A stretch of 63,567 nt of DNA, filler included, from Craspedostauros australis (GCA_030167865.1; 18 parts of 18 records of this genome joined end to end with filler, not necessarily neighbours in it); one strand, 5' to 3'. Counted from the first letter of the whole stretch, positions 45,982 through 59,304 are shown. The notes: generated from the sequence alone by a model not told the origin. Translations and numbers: made by a program.

Positions 45982-46207
45982 AAAAAATTCCGAAATCATG
46001 TCCGTACGTCGTCCGTGTGAAAAAGGCCGATAAAGGGTAAAAAGAGGCATCAAGATGAACAGCAAGCGGAGACCGTTTGCCAACAATGAACACATCAACA
46101 GAGAGCTCTCACTCTCCTCTTTCTAATTATGCAAAGATATCGGTCAACGGCCATCAACTCATCGAATGGTTGCTTGTGCCGTCGGCGATATGCCAATGGT
46201 TACCAAT
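45982..46207. repeat. Dispersed non-coding repeat, copy 2
   Basis: Reverse complement of 4805-5030. Confidence 0.85.
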
Positions 46208-46431
46208 AATTACCAAAAAACCGGAAATTAGCCAATAGCCACTAGGTGTGCTCGTATGGTTCTAGCTACACTCCCATTGCTCGTACTCGGGTCTCTCCAC
46301 GGGCGCACGTGAGCTCGTCCAGTTGCAGGCTTGCATCTATCCTGTCTCAACAACGCAGCACAAGTGTCCATGGAATCCGAGAGTGGAAAAGTGGTGACGG
46401 CCAAAGATGGGATGGTGCATTCTTTCTGCAT

Positions 46432-46600
46432 CTAAGAGCCCGATCAGTGAGTCGACCTGCACTTTGTTATGGGACTCAACAACATTTTTCTTGGATATCC
46501 AAACCGACCGCATATTCATAATCCTCATATTCTAAAACCAAATACTGGTACAAAATACCTTTCTGTTAGACCTTATTTTAAGTTTTATGGACCCATCAAG
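46432..46600 (+). repeat. Dispersed repeat, probable DNA-transposon end (paralog at 57090-57260)
   Basis: Shared identical start TAAGAGCCCGATCAGTGAGTCGACCTGCACT, then diverged similarity for ~170 bp. Confidence 0.7.
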
Positions 46601-48489
46601 GTGCAGATTTTTAGACTGCTTTAGGGACTCGGCCTTTTGCGTCCGACTACATCGATCCAAATTAACCCTTTGCTGTTCTTCGTTTCAGCAAGCTTGTTCC
46701 GATTTTGAATTGTTTAGTCTCTTTTTGAGGTGTTCCGATGAGACCATCCCACACCTCCTCCACGATAGCGCTAGTTGTAGAGTTTGGGGAGAAGCGGCGA
46801 GTTCGCGTTTACATACATTCTGCCCTATGTTTGCCTGATCCGTTGTCGACGTCACCAACCTGGCTACTGCGTCATGAACCACCAATCACAGCACGATGTG
46901 AATCATCCTTGGATACGTTTCGTCGTAACAGAATGGTTGAGTTGCATTGATCCTCTCAAAGTGTTTTGTGTGATGCTCCCTTCGTACATTTGGTATGGTT
47001 ATGAGTAATTACCGGGGACCCCAAGATGTAGGGCCGGCCGAGAGCGCAAAACTCCACACCATCACATGACAATGGTGCAACACCAAAACAAAAACCCACA
47101 ATGGCCGTCCAACGGCAACCCCCGCGCCGCAGCAACCAGCGGTCCACCGGCAAATCCAAGCACATCGCCGTCACCGCCATGCAACCCTTGGTGGGAGTAC
47201 AAGCGGAGGCTGCAAGAGCGGTTGATTTGGGGCCGCCGCAGCCCTCCGCGCAAACGTCTCCAAATTGCGGCAGATTGGCTTGTTGGATGCAGCCTGTGTA
47301 TTCCATGCACAGGCCACACCAACACCTGCGAATGGGCAAGACGCATCCAGGAGGGCATTGCCAACGCGCCCACGAAGTCTCAGGCTCGGGGAGGACCAGG
47401 AAGGCATCCGCGCGGAGGAATTGGTGGAGGGCAAGAGTTTTGTTGGTGGGGTCGCGGTGTACCTGGCATGTGTCTTTCGCAGTGAGGGGACAGCATCATC
47501 GAGCTGCCCAATCGCCAAGTCACCCATACAAGGCCCGTGCGGCATCGCCTGAAGATGCACGTCGCGGAGTTCGAGCTGCTGCAATGGTCTGGAAGAGGCT
47601 GTGGCATGGAATGAGTGCAGACAGGTCCGTTTTGGTGGGGCACCCCAAATCACCAGTGCCATCACCAAATGGAGGTGTGCCATTGGGACCATCCATGCCC
47701 ATCCCACTCTGGATGCATCAGCGTGTCGNNNNNNNNNNNNNNNNNNNNNNNNNNNNNNNNNNNNNNNNNNNNTTAATTAATTAANNNNNNNNNNNNNNNN
47801 NNNNNNNNNNNNNNNNNNNNNNNNNNNNGCCTGAACAATTCTCCCTCTTTTCGCGAGAAACACAGCGATGTTGGGCTTGGACAATGGGGAGTCGCTGCAG
47901 GCGGCAATCACAAAAGTTAAATCATCACCAGCACGGCATCGCAAAAGAGAAGTGTGTTGCACTTCTGTATTTTTGTGACTGCATCTGTGATGACTGCATC
48001 TGTGATGACTGCATGGGAAGCGCGGACATGTACATCGAAGACGGATCCTCCTTCTTCAAGGCGTGGATGTGGCAATGGTGCGCGATTGAGCTGATCGTAT
48101 TCTCTGTTTTGGTGGGAAAAAGAATTTCCGTCGGAACGCCGTGGCACAATTACCAATCAGTGATTGTGTCATGGGGGAGGAAAAAGAGATGCGAACCAGC
48201 ACTTCATGACCTTTTTGCAGAACAGGGGTGTGCACATTCGACGAAGATGTCAATGCGTCCTGCGAAAAGAGTGATGCGTCTCTGCACAACGTGAATCGAC
48301 TCTTGCTCTGCACAAATCAGTTGTCACCAACACTTCATGCATTCGCATGCACGTGTTCGACGTCATGCGCCTCTCCGCATGTGTGGTTGTCATCGAACAC
48401 ACTGCGCAGTGCAGGCTATTTGCATGCGGATGGTGCCAGTGCATGTTCGTTACAACAACATCCTCCACACATCATTCCTCGCGCATGCA

Positions 48490-49335
48490 CTGCACATCAT
48501 GCACATTTTCCGCGCATCCGCGCATGTGTCGACATCTTCCCTGCGATCTGCACATTTCGTGCACAACGTCGCATTCGTCAACATTCGTACTGCTCATCCG
48601 GACATCTATCAGCATCTTCCCAACGATCTGCACATTTTCCCCGCATCCGCACATTTGTCAACATCTTCCCGTTCATCTGCACATTCTCTGCACATCCGGG
48701 TCGTCTCGCGTTTTGATGCAAAAATATGTCTTATTCATGTCTTGTGTATGTCCGATACGACATGAATCCGATCCCACCTCTTGCCATCATGGTGCCACTT
48801 CCACTATAACTTTTAGTGCTCAAAAGCAATAAACAACAGAAGATCAAATAAATTAGTAGTGTTCTTGGCCATTTGATAGCGATTAAATTGAACAGAATCA
48901 GCCTTTTCGTCGTTTTATGATTCTTTTCAGTGATCAATGATGTTAGTCTATGCAGTTTTGTGTAGATCTAGAACATTATTTATGTCACAGTCATGACCGA
49001 ACAGTGTCACAGTCATGACCGAACAGTGTCACAGTGATGTCGTGGGAATTGTAGTTGTGCAGGGAAAATGCATGCGCAGGGGAAAATGCATGCGCAGGGG
49101 AAATGCATGCGCAGGGAAAATGCATGCGCAGGGAAAATGCATCTGCAGGGAAAATGCAGTGCATGCGCATGTTCAGTCGAAGTGCAGTGCATGCGCACGA
49201 GCAGGGAAAACGCAGGCGCAGGAAAAGTGCAGTGCATGTGCATGTGCATGAGCAGGGAAAATGCAGGCGCTGGAAAAGTGCATGTGCAGTGCAGTGCATG
49301 TGCACGCGCAGTCGAAGTGCATGCGCAGTCGAAGT
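48490..49335. repeat. Cluster of short tandem arrays: CACATTTTCC-type repeats, 22-bp TGTCACAGTCATGACCGAACAG x2.5, 17-bp GCAGGGAAAATGCATGC array
   Basis: Directly visible periodicities at 48500-48690, 48983-49035 and 49059-49335. Confidence 0.8.
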
Positions 49336-49434
49336 NNNNNNNNNNNNNNNNNNNNNNNNNNNNNNNNNNNNNNNNNNNNTTAATTAATTAANNNNNNNNN
49401 NNNNNNNNNNNNNNNNNNNNNNNNNNNNNNNNNN

Positions 49435-50522
49435 NCAGATCGGGCATCTTCGACGAGGATGACAGCGACGAATCCGAGGACGGCAATCATCCAAACGACA
49501 GCTTCAATCCAAACGAGCGCGTCGTCTATCCAAGAGACATCGACTTCCCACCGATTGGGAATCCTAACGCCTCCAACTATCTTCATCGCCATGACACCAT
49601 TCCCTACGGAACAGCAACAGCGTTGATAATCCAGAAGCAACTCATCTTCGATGCCGTAATGGAAGCAGGAATGAACCTCTTCCCAGGGCATGTACAAGGA
49701 GTGCTCAGACCGATGTGGGTGAACATGATGAGATCCATCCTATCCGAGAACTTCAGATCAATCGAAGAGATTCTCGCCAATTCGGTCGTCATCAACCGCA
49801 TATTGGAAGCGGACAACACGGAAACGATCCCAGAGACGGATCTACACTACATCCTTGGAGGATGCATGCGTGTACTCTTGCGAGAGCGATCACGCGTCCA
49901 CCCATACGATCCAGCCACAGGATCACATCGAAGCAACACGATTCCATCGGACTACGCACAACTAACCAACAACATGGACGACGAGGAACATCGCAATCCA
50001 TACAACGAAGATGGAGTTCACGAAGACGACGATGACGGCAGCTTCAACGATGAAATAGCTGCGGCAGCCGTGGAGCAGCTCCACAAGCTGAGCACCAAGT
50101 ACAAGGACAAGGTCAACAAGAACACCTGGCTTGCCGACAGCGGAGCCTCGTGTCACATCGTCAATTCAGACGCCGCCCTCTTCAACGTGCGGCACATCAA
50201 GTCATTCGTCCAAGTGGGAGACAGCACGAAACTGGACTCTCCCAAAATGGGATCCATTCGCTTGAAGGTCAAGCANNNNNNNNNNNNNNNNNNNNNNNNN
50301 NNNNNNNNNNNNNNNNNNNNNNNNNNNNNNNNNNNNNNNNNNNNNNNNNNNACGAACAAGGCTCTGTACAACGGTTACCAGCTTGGTAGCAACGGCATTC
50401 TGATGGACATCATCAACGGATCCGGAACGAAGATCGTGTTCGATCGAGTCTTCCCCACATCCAACGGATTCATCACGGGAGTGCAGATGCATCCCATCAT
50501 GCCAACGAACGACGACAAGGCT
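49435..50522 (+). mobile_element. Ty1/Copia polyprotein fragment, protease region
   Basis: WLADSGASCHIVN..VQVGD..GSIRLKV (Copia aspartic protease motif). Confidence 0.82.
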
Positions 50523-51189
50523 NNNNNNNNNNNNNNNNNNNNNNNNNNNNNNNNNNNNNNNNNNNNTTAATTAATTAANNNNNNNNNNNNNNNNNNNNNN
50601 NNNNNNNNNNNNNNNNNNNNNNCCTCACCCACGTGAAATGTGAGTGTGTCGATGATAGACACGACTGGACAGCATGTCGAAACACGACTGACGATTCCGA
50701 ACCCCAGCTGCCCTCCACCGTCCGCACGCTTGACGCGTTTAGGCAAAGGCTAATGCGAAAAATATAACTTTGTAACTATAAGGCTGAGGAGTCTATAACT
50801 TCACGCACACCCAATACAGCATAACAGAATGAATTCAGTGCTGAAATATTGTATCAGAACGAAGTTGCAATCGTATCCTGAATGGGTCTTGTGCTCACGC
50901 TGGGTCCACACAGCAAACAACTCGAGTCTGTTGTCCATTTGGTATTGGAGAATCACACACAGAGGTTCGAATGGGTGGGTGCACATGGCACTGGTGGCCA
51001 TGGCGAACAGTGTCGCTCGTGGTCTTCAAGTTCTTGATTCGGCAGTTCAAGCGCTCGTGTCGCAACGAGCGCGGCTCTTGAACTTCGCTCCATCTTTTCG
51101 CAAAAAATCCTGTTCTTGGGGCCTGCACACCAATCGCCAACCCACACACAAACAGCTCAAGCGAGTCCCGCGACCTGTGTGCTTCCACC

Positions 51190-51382
51190 AAAAAATGCAT
51201 TTGGAGTTCAAAAAATGCATTTGAAGTGCATTAAATGCACTTGGAGTTCAAAAAATGCATTTGAAGTGCATTAAATGCACTTGGAGTTCAAAAAATGCAA
51301 TTGAAGTGCATTAAATGCAAATGGAGTGCATTAAATGCAATTGCAGTGCATTAAATGCAAATGGAGTGCATTAAATGCACTT
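51190..51382. repeat. Tandem array of ~19-20-bp units built on the quasi-palindrome TGCATTAAATGCA
   Basis: Directly visible, with a ~39-bp higher-order unit at its left end. Confidence 0.88.
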
Positions 51383-51584
51383 TCAGTTGTGCATCAGATT
51401 GATTCGTGACTTAAACAACTACAGTCACAACAGCGGTCATTGGACACCAATAGACGATCTCGTTAAATATAATACTTAACGGTACGACATCAATAGGTCA
51501 TTTTTAGCGAATGCAACGACACAGGTTGTGGAGGAAAGACTAGTTCGATTAAACAGCCTCGATTCATCTCTTTGGTCAAATGAG

Positions 51585-52233
51585 TCAAACGACGCACGTT
51601 CCAATGGACTTGCCGGGTGTCCCTGGTAGTTCCGCGGGTTTGCGCGTTGTTTTGCTTGCCCAGCCTTGTACTGCGAGTGGTGGGTGTTCTGTTTCCACGG
51701 TCTGGTCTTGTAGTGCCGTGGTGTGATCGGATGGCAGGTGTTGTTGTCCGTCTTGGATGGCCTTGCCGAACACCAGCGCCTTGCTCTCTGCCGCTGTGCG
51801 CCCGAGCTTTCGCGTCTTGTCCGTCTTCCTGAATGATTCGGACATGATTGGCAGCTTCTCGGACATGTGTGAATCGTCCTCGACAACACCCAACTCGTTG
51901 ATACTCCAGCCCTCCCATTCGGTGCTCTTCACCACGACGTCTTCGGTGATGCCAGATGCAGCCACCAACCGCNCCTGGTCATCGTCGTACTTCACCTCGT
52001 GAGTCATACGTACCTGTTGTCCAGATGCGCGGAATCGTCGTTTTGGTGCACCTGGCAACGTCGTGATGTTGCCTGCCAGGAGCGCCGCGTTGGCAAGTAC
52101 TGTTGTTGTTCCCGCAATGTCACCGGCTACCAGTGCGTGGAAGAGTTGGAGCGGGGTCTTGATGTCCTTGCCACTTTGCACGTATTTTCGCAGTACACGT
52201 GTGATGTACGCGAAGTGGGTGTCCAGCATGCTC
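51585..52233 (-). pseudogene. Possible DDE DNA-transposase C-terminal remnant
   Basis: SMLDTHFAYITRVLRKYVQSGKDIKTPLQLFHAL resembles the D.HFA..RxYVxxGxDIxT pattern recalled from eukaryotic DDE transposase-like proteins; lies next to a tandem array. Confidence 0.4.
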
Positions 52234-52333
52234 NNNNNNNNNNNNNNNNNNNNNNNNNNNNNNNNNNNNNNNNNNNNTTAATTAATTAANNNNNNNNNNN
52301 NNNNNNNNNNNNNNNNNNNNNNNNNNNNNNNNN

Positions 52334-52528
52334 GAGGCAGAGAAGCAAGCCAAAAGCCAAGCTCGTGCTCGCCATGAGACTGTGAATGGCCGCTTCAAGA
52401 ATTGGAAGATCCTGGAGCATCGGTTCCGCCACGACCTTATGTTGCACAAGCATGTGATGAAAGCAATCGTCACCATAACCCAGCTTCAAATCGAACATGG
52501 CAACTCTCTATTCCAAGTACAATACTAG
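52334..52528 (+). mobile_element. Harbinger/ISL2EU-like transposase C-terminus (not in ORF track)
   Basis: Manual translation: EAEKQAKSQARARHETVNGRFKNWKILEHRFRHDLMLHKHVMKAIVTITQLQIEHGNSLFQVQY*. Confidence 0.78.
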
Positions 52529-53457
52529 ATCATACAAGTTTCAACAATACTGAGGGATTCGTGGTCTGGAACGCATCTTGCAACAACAAGCAGGAGATTG
52601 AATCGCATCGAATCCGGAAGATGGAAGAGCACTGCACCGCCACTCATATACTATAATCGCATTAGATCCAATTTCAACTATTCTATTGGCCAGATACACC
52701 ACACCTTGTCCTAAACTGTGAGACGATGCAGCAATTCTGGGATGGATAGGACGTCAACGAGCATGTAAGCGCAGCACGATGAGAAAGTACTGCACTACTC
52801 TGTGTGCTCAAAATTGTGTGAGCTCTTCAGACAGTCAACTCGAGAACAAAGCGCAGCGAAGGAGACCCAATCGAGGAACCCCCTTCGCTTGAGTGTGTAC
52901 AACGTTGCTTCGTATTCAACGATACGAGACTCAACAACGCGACCATGGAGGTACGATCTCTCTCTCTCCAGAGGGAGTCTGCTGCGGTATGCGTGCACGG
53001 TCTGCACATGTTGCAACAAAATGTAGCGTGTTGGCGCGTGATCAGCTCTGACATCATTGCATGGGACAAGGCTTCATACTCTATCAACATCGATTGGGCT
53101 GCTACTCCTTGAGTCTGCTGCTATCAATGTTGCACAAAGATGGATGAGAGTGACACCCAGTGCATAACGATGTGAAGAGTGACGATTGGTGGTTGGTCAT
53201 CAGGCCACCTCGCATTGTGGTGATTTTTTGCCGTGCGATACTGCTGGTGGATTCCTCACACTCTACCCTGCAAGCAACTCTCACTGATGGGAATCAAACG
53301 CATCACATCGTCAAGAAGGTAAATGGCGTGGGGTCAGGAACGATACTCGATCGTCCCNNNNNNNNNNNNNNNNNNNNNNNNNNNNNNNNNNNNNNNNNNN
53401 NTTAATTAATTAANNNNNNNNNNNNNNNNNNNNNNNNNNNNNNNNNNNNNNNNNNNN

Positions 53458-55159
53458 GCCTTGGCACAACCACATGTGATTTATGTACTTGGTCTTTCCG
53501 CATGTTGGGCACCTGTTGCTGGTCCGCACATGCCACTGCTTATTCCGTTTCCTAGACATGATCTCGCTGTGGACTAGCTTGAAGGTGGCGCATTGTTTGG
53601 ATTCACTCAACCCAGGCATTGCAGCCACCAATGCAACTTGGTCTTGGCCGACTTCACAAATAAACCGGCTCCAGAGGAACCTATCCATGAATTGGCGATT
53701 CCAGAGCTGCCTTGGCATGGCCTCATATGTGACAGGGGAGGGGGGGATAGCTTTGTGTGGAGATGATAGCAGGCTATACTCTCTCCATGCACCACTGACG
53801 TCCAGGCAATGCTTCCTTGTATCTCCATGCACTGCCAGTGCAAACCTGCCAACATGTCCACCAACATGTTCATGTGCGCCCAAGGGTCGTTGACAGGAAG
53901 CCCCTTGTTGTCCTGGCGCCCTTTGACATGCCATCCAGTAGCTCAAGACTGCAGGTTGCAAGCAATGAAATGAGTAGTGCTTGCTAGATTGCTGTCCGCA
54001 TCCTCCAGCCTGACGGTGCGCGCTGGATCGAGAACCACAAGTGCTGACGCGTTGTCACAGGCGAGCTGCACGCGCCATTTGATCCCATGGACCAATTTGG
54101 CATGATAGATCCACGCAAATATGCTGTAGATACCGGTGAGCTCTGCTTGATGCGGTTGCATCAGCTGGTTCCCGCATGGCACCTCGTTCACAAATGTGAA
54201 TGTGGAGACAGGGGTCAGAAATGGTGGTTGCATTTCTGCGGCTGGAGTGACGATTCCATTTTGGATGACCCGTCCCTGCAGGCCACACATTTCCTGTTGC
54301 CAACACTGGTGATGAAGGCTTCCTCTCCACCAGTGGACACCATTTGTTTGACCGACCATCATTGACTGCACTCGGTGCTGCGGACCAGCTGGCTGATGAT
54401 TGCATTCATCCTCACTGTTGGATCGATGCAGTTCAATATGCAGCCTGGGGCTAGCTAGTCCCCTTGCCAAGTGTTCATGAACTGGTAGCAATGGCTTCAT
54501 GAGGGTGGTGCCTGTCTGGTGATGATACGTGCCTCCCCTGATCCCTCTTCTACGTGCCCAATACAATGATCTTTGGCCCACTTCCTGGACTATCTGGCCG
54601 TCCTCCAACAAGAGGTAGCCTGGATGCCTTGAAAACAGACCGTATCAGGACCTTGGCCTAGCTTAGATGTTGTTGATCACAATATTGGCTCCTGGCCAGG
54701 AGATGATGGCTGACCACCATAGTTTCCATTGGGATAGCTACCACAATCCAAGCGGCAGCCATTTCAGACTCAAATGAGGTTTGGCGTGCTCTCTGGGATG
54801 TAGGACTTGCTGTCATATGGCCATCCCATTTGTGTTGAGCAGGTCTGACTTCCATATGGCTTACAGGTGCACCAGGCATTGATTGATCATAGCCTCTTGC
54901 TTCTAGGAGTATTCTACTAGGAGGATTACATCCCTAATGAGTTGGTTGTTCTGTCTTGGCGGTTGGAGAGGGGAAATGGAGACCTACATACGCATGTCAG
55001 CCTGCCACGCATTTTCCTGCGTCCGGGTAGACAATGTGGAAGTGTAGAGATGCTCCATTCCACTAGGGTAGCACGGCCACACCTCTGGCAGCCCTGTCTC
55101 AAGCACCATGGCTTCCACCATGAAGCGGAGACGCTTACCAGTGGTGGAGTAGTACTCCG
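53458..55159 (-). pseudogene. Degenerate non-LTR retrotransposon 3' region (RNase H-like + Cys/His motif), Ambal-like
   Basis: QAELTGIYSI..LACDNASAL..DSNL (RNase H-like) and RCPTCG..NHMWLCQ, with many stops and frameshifts. Confidence 0.65.
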
Positions 55160-57089
55160 NNNNNNNNNNNNNNNNNNNNNNNNNNNNNNNNNNNNNNNNN
55201 NNNTTAATTAATTAANNNNNNNNNNNNNNNNNNNNNNNNNNNNNNNNNNNNNNNNNNNNTGAACAGCAACTTGTGCAACGACTTTCCGTCCCAGGTGCAT
55301 GATGATAAACTATCAGGGACAGTGTTATTCCATTCCACACAGATCCCTGGTCATGCCATCTTCCATGTGAACTGCCAGGATGCATCAGCTCACATCTTCC
55401 CTGCTGATCCCAACCTCAATGGTCGCAGCATGGAAGATGAATTCGAATCCTCCCTCCTTTGCCCCTTGTCCAGCACCATTTTCAAAGCACCAATTCTAAC
55501 AAGCCTATCCTCTTTGAACTTTTTCTCCTTCCAGATGAACCAGCCTTGGCTCAGCAACAACAATCAACACAGAGCGAATTCCAAAAACGTTATGTACCAT
55601 CTCGAAGGATCCGGACGGGTCATCTGTGGTTGTGTTCACGAGTCCAGCAAGACCGTCCACACACATGTGCGAAAGCATCCGAACACCTCTGTCCACCTTC
55701 AAGAGTCAGAACAGCCTGTGGAGGAGCTGTGTTATCCTGTTATTGTACACAGTGAAATCACACAAATCCGTCAAGAGAGATCAAGTCTTTCAGGAAGATG
55801 GCGATGAGCTGGTGTAATGAAGGCACTGATTGGGTAAAGTGACTTCTGAATATATGTTATCTTCATTGAGATGTATCTCATGTTGCTGTGTTCAAGGACA
55901 GCTCTTGGTCATGCATCTTTGCAATCTTGTTCTGATGTGGAGATGACCCATGATGTGGCAATGACGTCTCCTGTGTCGACGTCACTCATCACCATTCCAT
56001 GGCTCTGTCGATTCCACATTCCATTGATGATGCTTGAGGTTGTTGAAGGTGGTGTCACTTCAGGTTTAGTTGGGAAGTAGATCAAGCTAAACTTGGTGTC
56101 ACATGATTGCCAGGTGGTGGCCAGACCNAATCTCTGATGTTCTCTAGTGTGTTCCCTATGCCAAGAATCATGTGTCTGGAGGAAAGAATGTTTCAGCACA
56201 TACCAGGACGGACAAATCAGAAAATGTATCAGGTGAATAAAGCAGTGTGCTAATAAGCTGAAAGCAACAATCATGAAGAACGTGGAAGAGGAAGTAGGGA
56301 CAAGAAAAGTACAGGCAGTAGCCCACGAAGAAAGCACAGGCAATGCCCCCAAGGATGCGGATGAACACATGGGGCCAAGGTNNNNNNNNNNNNNNNNNNN
56401 NNNNNNNNNNNNNNNNNNNNNNNNNTTAATTAATTAANNNNNNNNNNNNNNNNNNNNNNNNNNNNNNNNNNNNNNNNNNNNATGATGGGGGTGCTTGACA
56501 GATCACATCAGCGCTCACCGAGCAGGAGAGCAACAGACACCAAACTTTAGGATTGTATATATATATTATATACGATACTACAATAGAAAGACGAGTACAG
56601 GAACACGCACACGAGCTAAGTCCGGAGAGTTTAACTTTGGTTGATGCTGTTCTTAGCCTTTTTTTGTTCGGGACTTACGTAGAAAATGTACTACATTCTA
56701 CAGAGCAGTTTCTGTGATCCAAACATCGCCAAACATCGCCAATTTGTTTGGCTACAGCCGGCTCTTTGAGGCACTACAGCCACTGCAGTCGGTGCCCGTT
56801 GCGGATCTGTCACTGCAGCACTGATAACTGTCGTGTCTCGTTCCCACCAATAATTCTCAACCACCCCAAGTGAGAAAGATTCAGAAACAACCTGAAACGA
56901 CGAACCAGCATCTGCGAGGTCTGTTTGGTGTGGCCTTCCCAGGAGGACAACGGGAACGAATCCAAACAAGTCCTCTATTTGAGGACTTTCGCATTCTGTT
57001 CCCCGGCCCCTGTGTCATGTCGCGGTTCGCATTGACTCTCGAGTACGAAACCCGCACAGGACTGATTCGTGACAGAATCCTGCTTGAAT

Positions 57090-57260
57090 TAAGAGCCCGA
57101 TCAGTGAGTCGACCTGCACTCCGTTATTGGCGTCTATAAACTTTATCTTGGATATCCCAACCAAGCACATATTCGTAATCCTTGCAGGTCTAATACAAAT
57201 AATTAACCGATGGATTTTTTAGTTAGATCCTATTTTAAGTTTTATGCATATTCAAAGGTT
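57090..57260 (+). repeat. Dispersed repeat, paralog of 46432-46600
   Basis: TTAAGAGCCCGATCAGTGAGTCGACCTGCACT start. Confidence 0.7.
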
Positions 57261-57705
57261 TTGGGAAGTCGTATGGGTCGATCCCCGTAAAATTCCTAGT
57301 TGTTTCGCAGAAAGTTCGATTATGTTCTCATGCATTTATCGTATGTCACCCAGTCATGGAATAGGCGCCGGGATTGTCGTTCGTTTGGTACGCGTTAAAT
57401 ACACGTTAGCATCTGCGACATGATCTCGCATTTTGCTCGTCACAACACACATGACACAAAACACATCACACAAAACACAAAACACATCACACAAAACACA
57501 TCACACATCCAACATCATCGTCATCCGCTCACAACTTCGGAAATCATCGCCACTCTTTCGCTCCATTTCACAACTTTCCTCGCCAATGCCATGCGCACTC
57601 GCTGTNNNNNNNNNNNNNNNNNNNNNNNNNNNNNNNNNNNNNNNNNNNNTTAATTAATTAANNNNNNNNNNNNNNNNNNNNNNNNNNNNNNNNNNNNNNN
57701 NNNNN

Positions 57706-58912
57706 CTCTCTGATGAAGTGGTTGCGTATATCGATGTGTCTCGTTCTCGCTGATGTCGATGGATTGGTGGCGATGAAGATCGCCCCCACGTTGTCGACCA
57801 TCACATCCGCAGGTTTCTTCATCTTCAACCCGATGTCCTCCATCAGTTGAGTCAAACAGCGGATCTCCTTTCCAGCTTCTGACAGTGCGACATACTCGGC
57901 CTCGGTCGAGCTCAGTGTCACGCTGCGTTGCGCCTTCGATCTCCAGATGATAGGCACTCCTTGTAGCAGGACCAGATGTTCTCCAACGCTGATGCGGTTG
58001 TCCTTGTCTCCAGCGAACTCGCTGTCGGTGTACACCACGATCTTCCATGCGTTGTTGTTCAACGGCTTGGGCTCCATCCTCAATCCGTATTCTCTTGTGT
58101 CCGACACGAACTTCATCACTCTCAGCATCTCCTTGTATGCCGTGGTCGTTGGTCCATCCAACACCTTTGTAAGCTCTCGGACTGCATTCGCGATGTCTGG
58201 TCTCGAATGCTTCACCAGGTATAGTCGCATGCCCACACCACTGCGGTATCTGCTGTGTCGATCCTTGTCGACCTTGGGTGCTTCACTGTTTCTCTGGATC
58301 CCTTGGCCTGGTGTGCCTGGGGTTCCGTATCGTTGAAGCTTCGTCACGTCGCTCTTGAACGTATCCGTGATGTTCTTGATGATGTGTGGCTGGTTCACCC
58401 AGCAGTTGGTTTCGTTCTTGTTGAATTCGATCCGGCAACTCAAGTAGTCTTCGAGTCCATCTTCAACCTTGATTCCGAATCGTTCGCGCTTGATGTCCTT
58501 CACCAGTCGCTTCAGTTCGAGGGTGCTTCCGATGCACAGGCAATCATCGACGTACGTCCCGATGAGGACGAGGTTCCCTTCCCGATTCCGAATTAGCAGG
58601 CATGGGTCCACTTTGCTCTGCCGGAAGCCAAGCTTGATCAGGATGTCCACAAGCTTCTTGTTCCACTGCCTTGCGCTCTGAACCAACCCGTAGATGGTCT
58701 TCTTCAGCAGCAGGCACTCGTCCGGTTCATGCTCCATTCCCTTGGGGCATTGCATATAGATCTCTTCCTCGAGGTCTCCGTGCAGGAAGGCGGTTTCGAA
58801 GTCGATGATGATGCTGTCCGTCTTCAATAACATCTTCATAGTAAGCATCACTCGGTATGTTGCATCGTGGATCACTGGTGCATGATGAGCGGAGAAGTCC
58901 ACTCCAGCAATC
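57706..58912 (-). mobile_element. Ty1/Copia (CoDi-like) RT-RNase H, uninterrupted frame
   Basis: DFETAFLHGDLEEEIYM, LKKTIYGLVQSARQW, DPCL, YVDD, SSTEAEY, RHIDIR. Same family as 43872-45387. Confidence 0.95.
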
Positions 58913-59032
58913 NNNNNNNNNNNNNNNNNNNNNNNNNNNNNNNNNNNNNNNNNNNNTTAATTAATTAANNNNNNNNNNNNNNNNNNNNNNNNNNNNNNNN
59001 NNNNNNNNNNNNTGGCGAGTACTCATGGAGTA

Positions 59033-59304
59033 GGAGCCAGTACTGAATGAACGGAGTGTCGAATACGGAGTACGTATTGAACACGGAGTATCGTGTAGCA
59101 CGAGCACACGATGTTGAGAGAGAGAGAGAGAGAGAGAGTAAAGAGAGAAGAGCGAGAGAGCATCTCGCGTACCGACTCATAGTCGGAGACTGAATCTACA
59201 AAACAGATTAAAGCACTGAGAGCATCGGGCGAGAGAACGGCGTACACCGAGAGGATCGGAGTAGCCAAGTAATGAAATAGCAAACAGATGACTATCAACC
59301 AACA
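59033..59304 (+). mobile_element. Possible LTR 3' portion containing a (GA)n tract, ending CCAACA
   Basis: CpG-rich block ending in an LTR-type ..CAACA terminus next to a CpG-depleted block; no second copy in the window. Confidence 0.35.

Noticed and set aside
46990..48300. GC-rich ORFs possibly from a decayed retroelement
   Set aside because: No catalytic motif is confidently recognisable.
2330..51382. CRISPR-like arrays at 2330-2660, 49059-49335 and 51190-51382
   Set aside because: Head-to-tail tandem units without unique spacers, no cas genes, and a eukaryotic context.
1872..59012. Recurrent TTAATTAATTAA motif as a biological repeat, and gene clustering across it (e.g. TYW3 with PheRS, or the two secreted proteins at 9869 and 13898)
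   Set aside because: It is an artificial six-frame-stop spacer inside N runs, so neighbours across it are not demonstrably adjacent.
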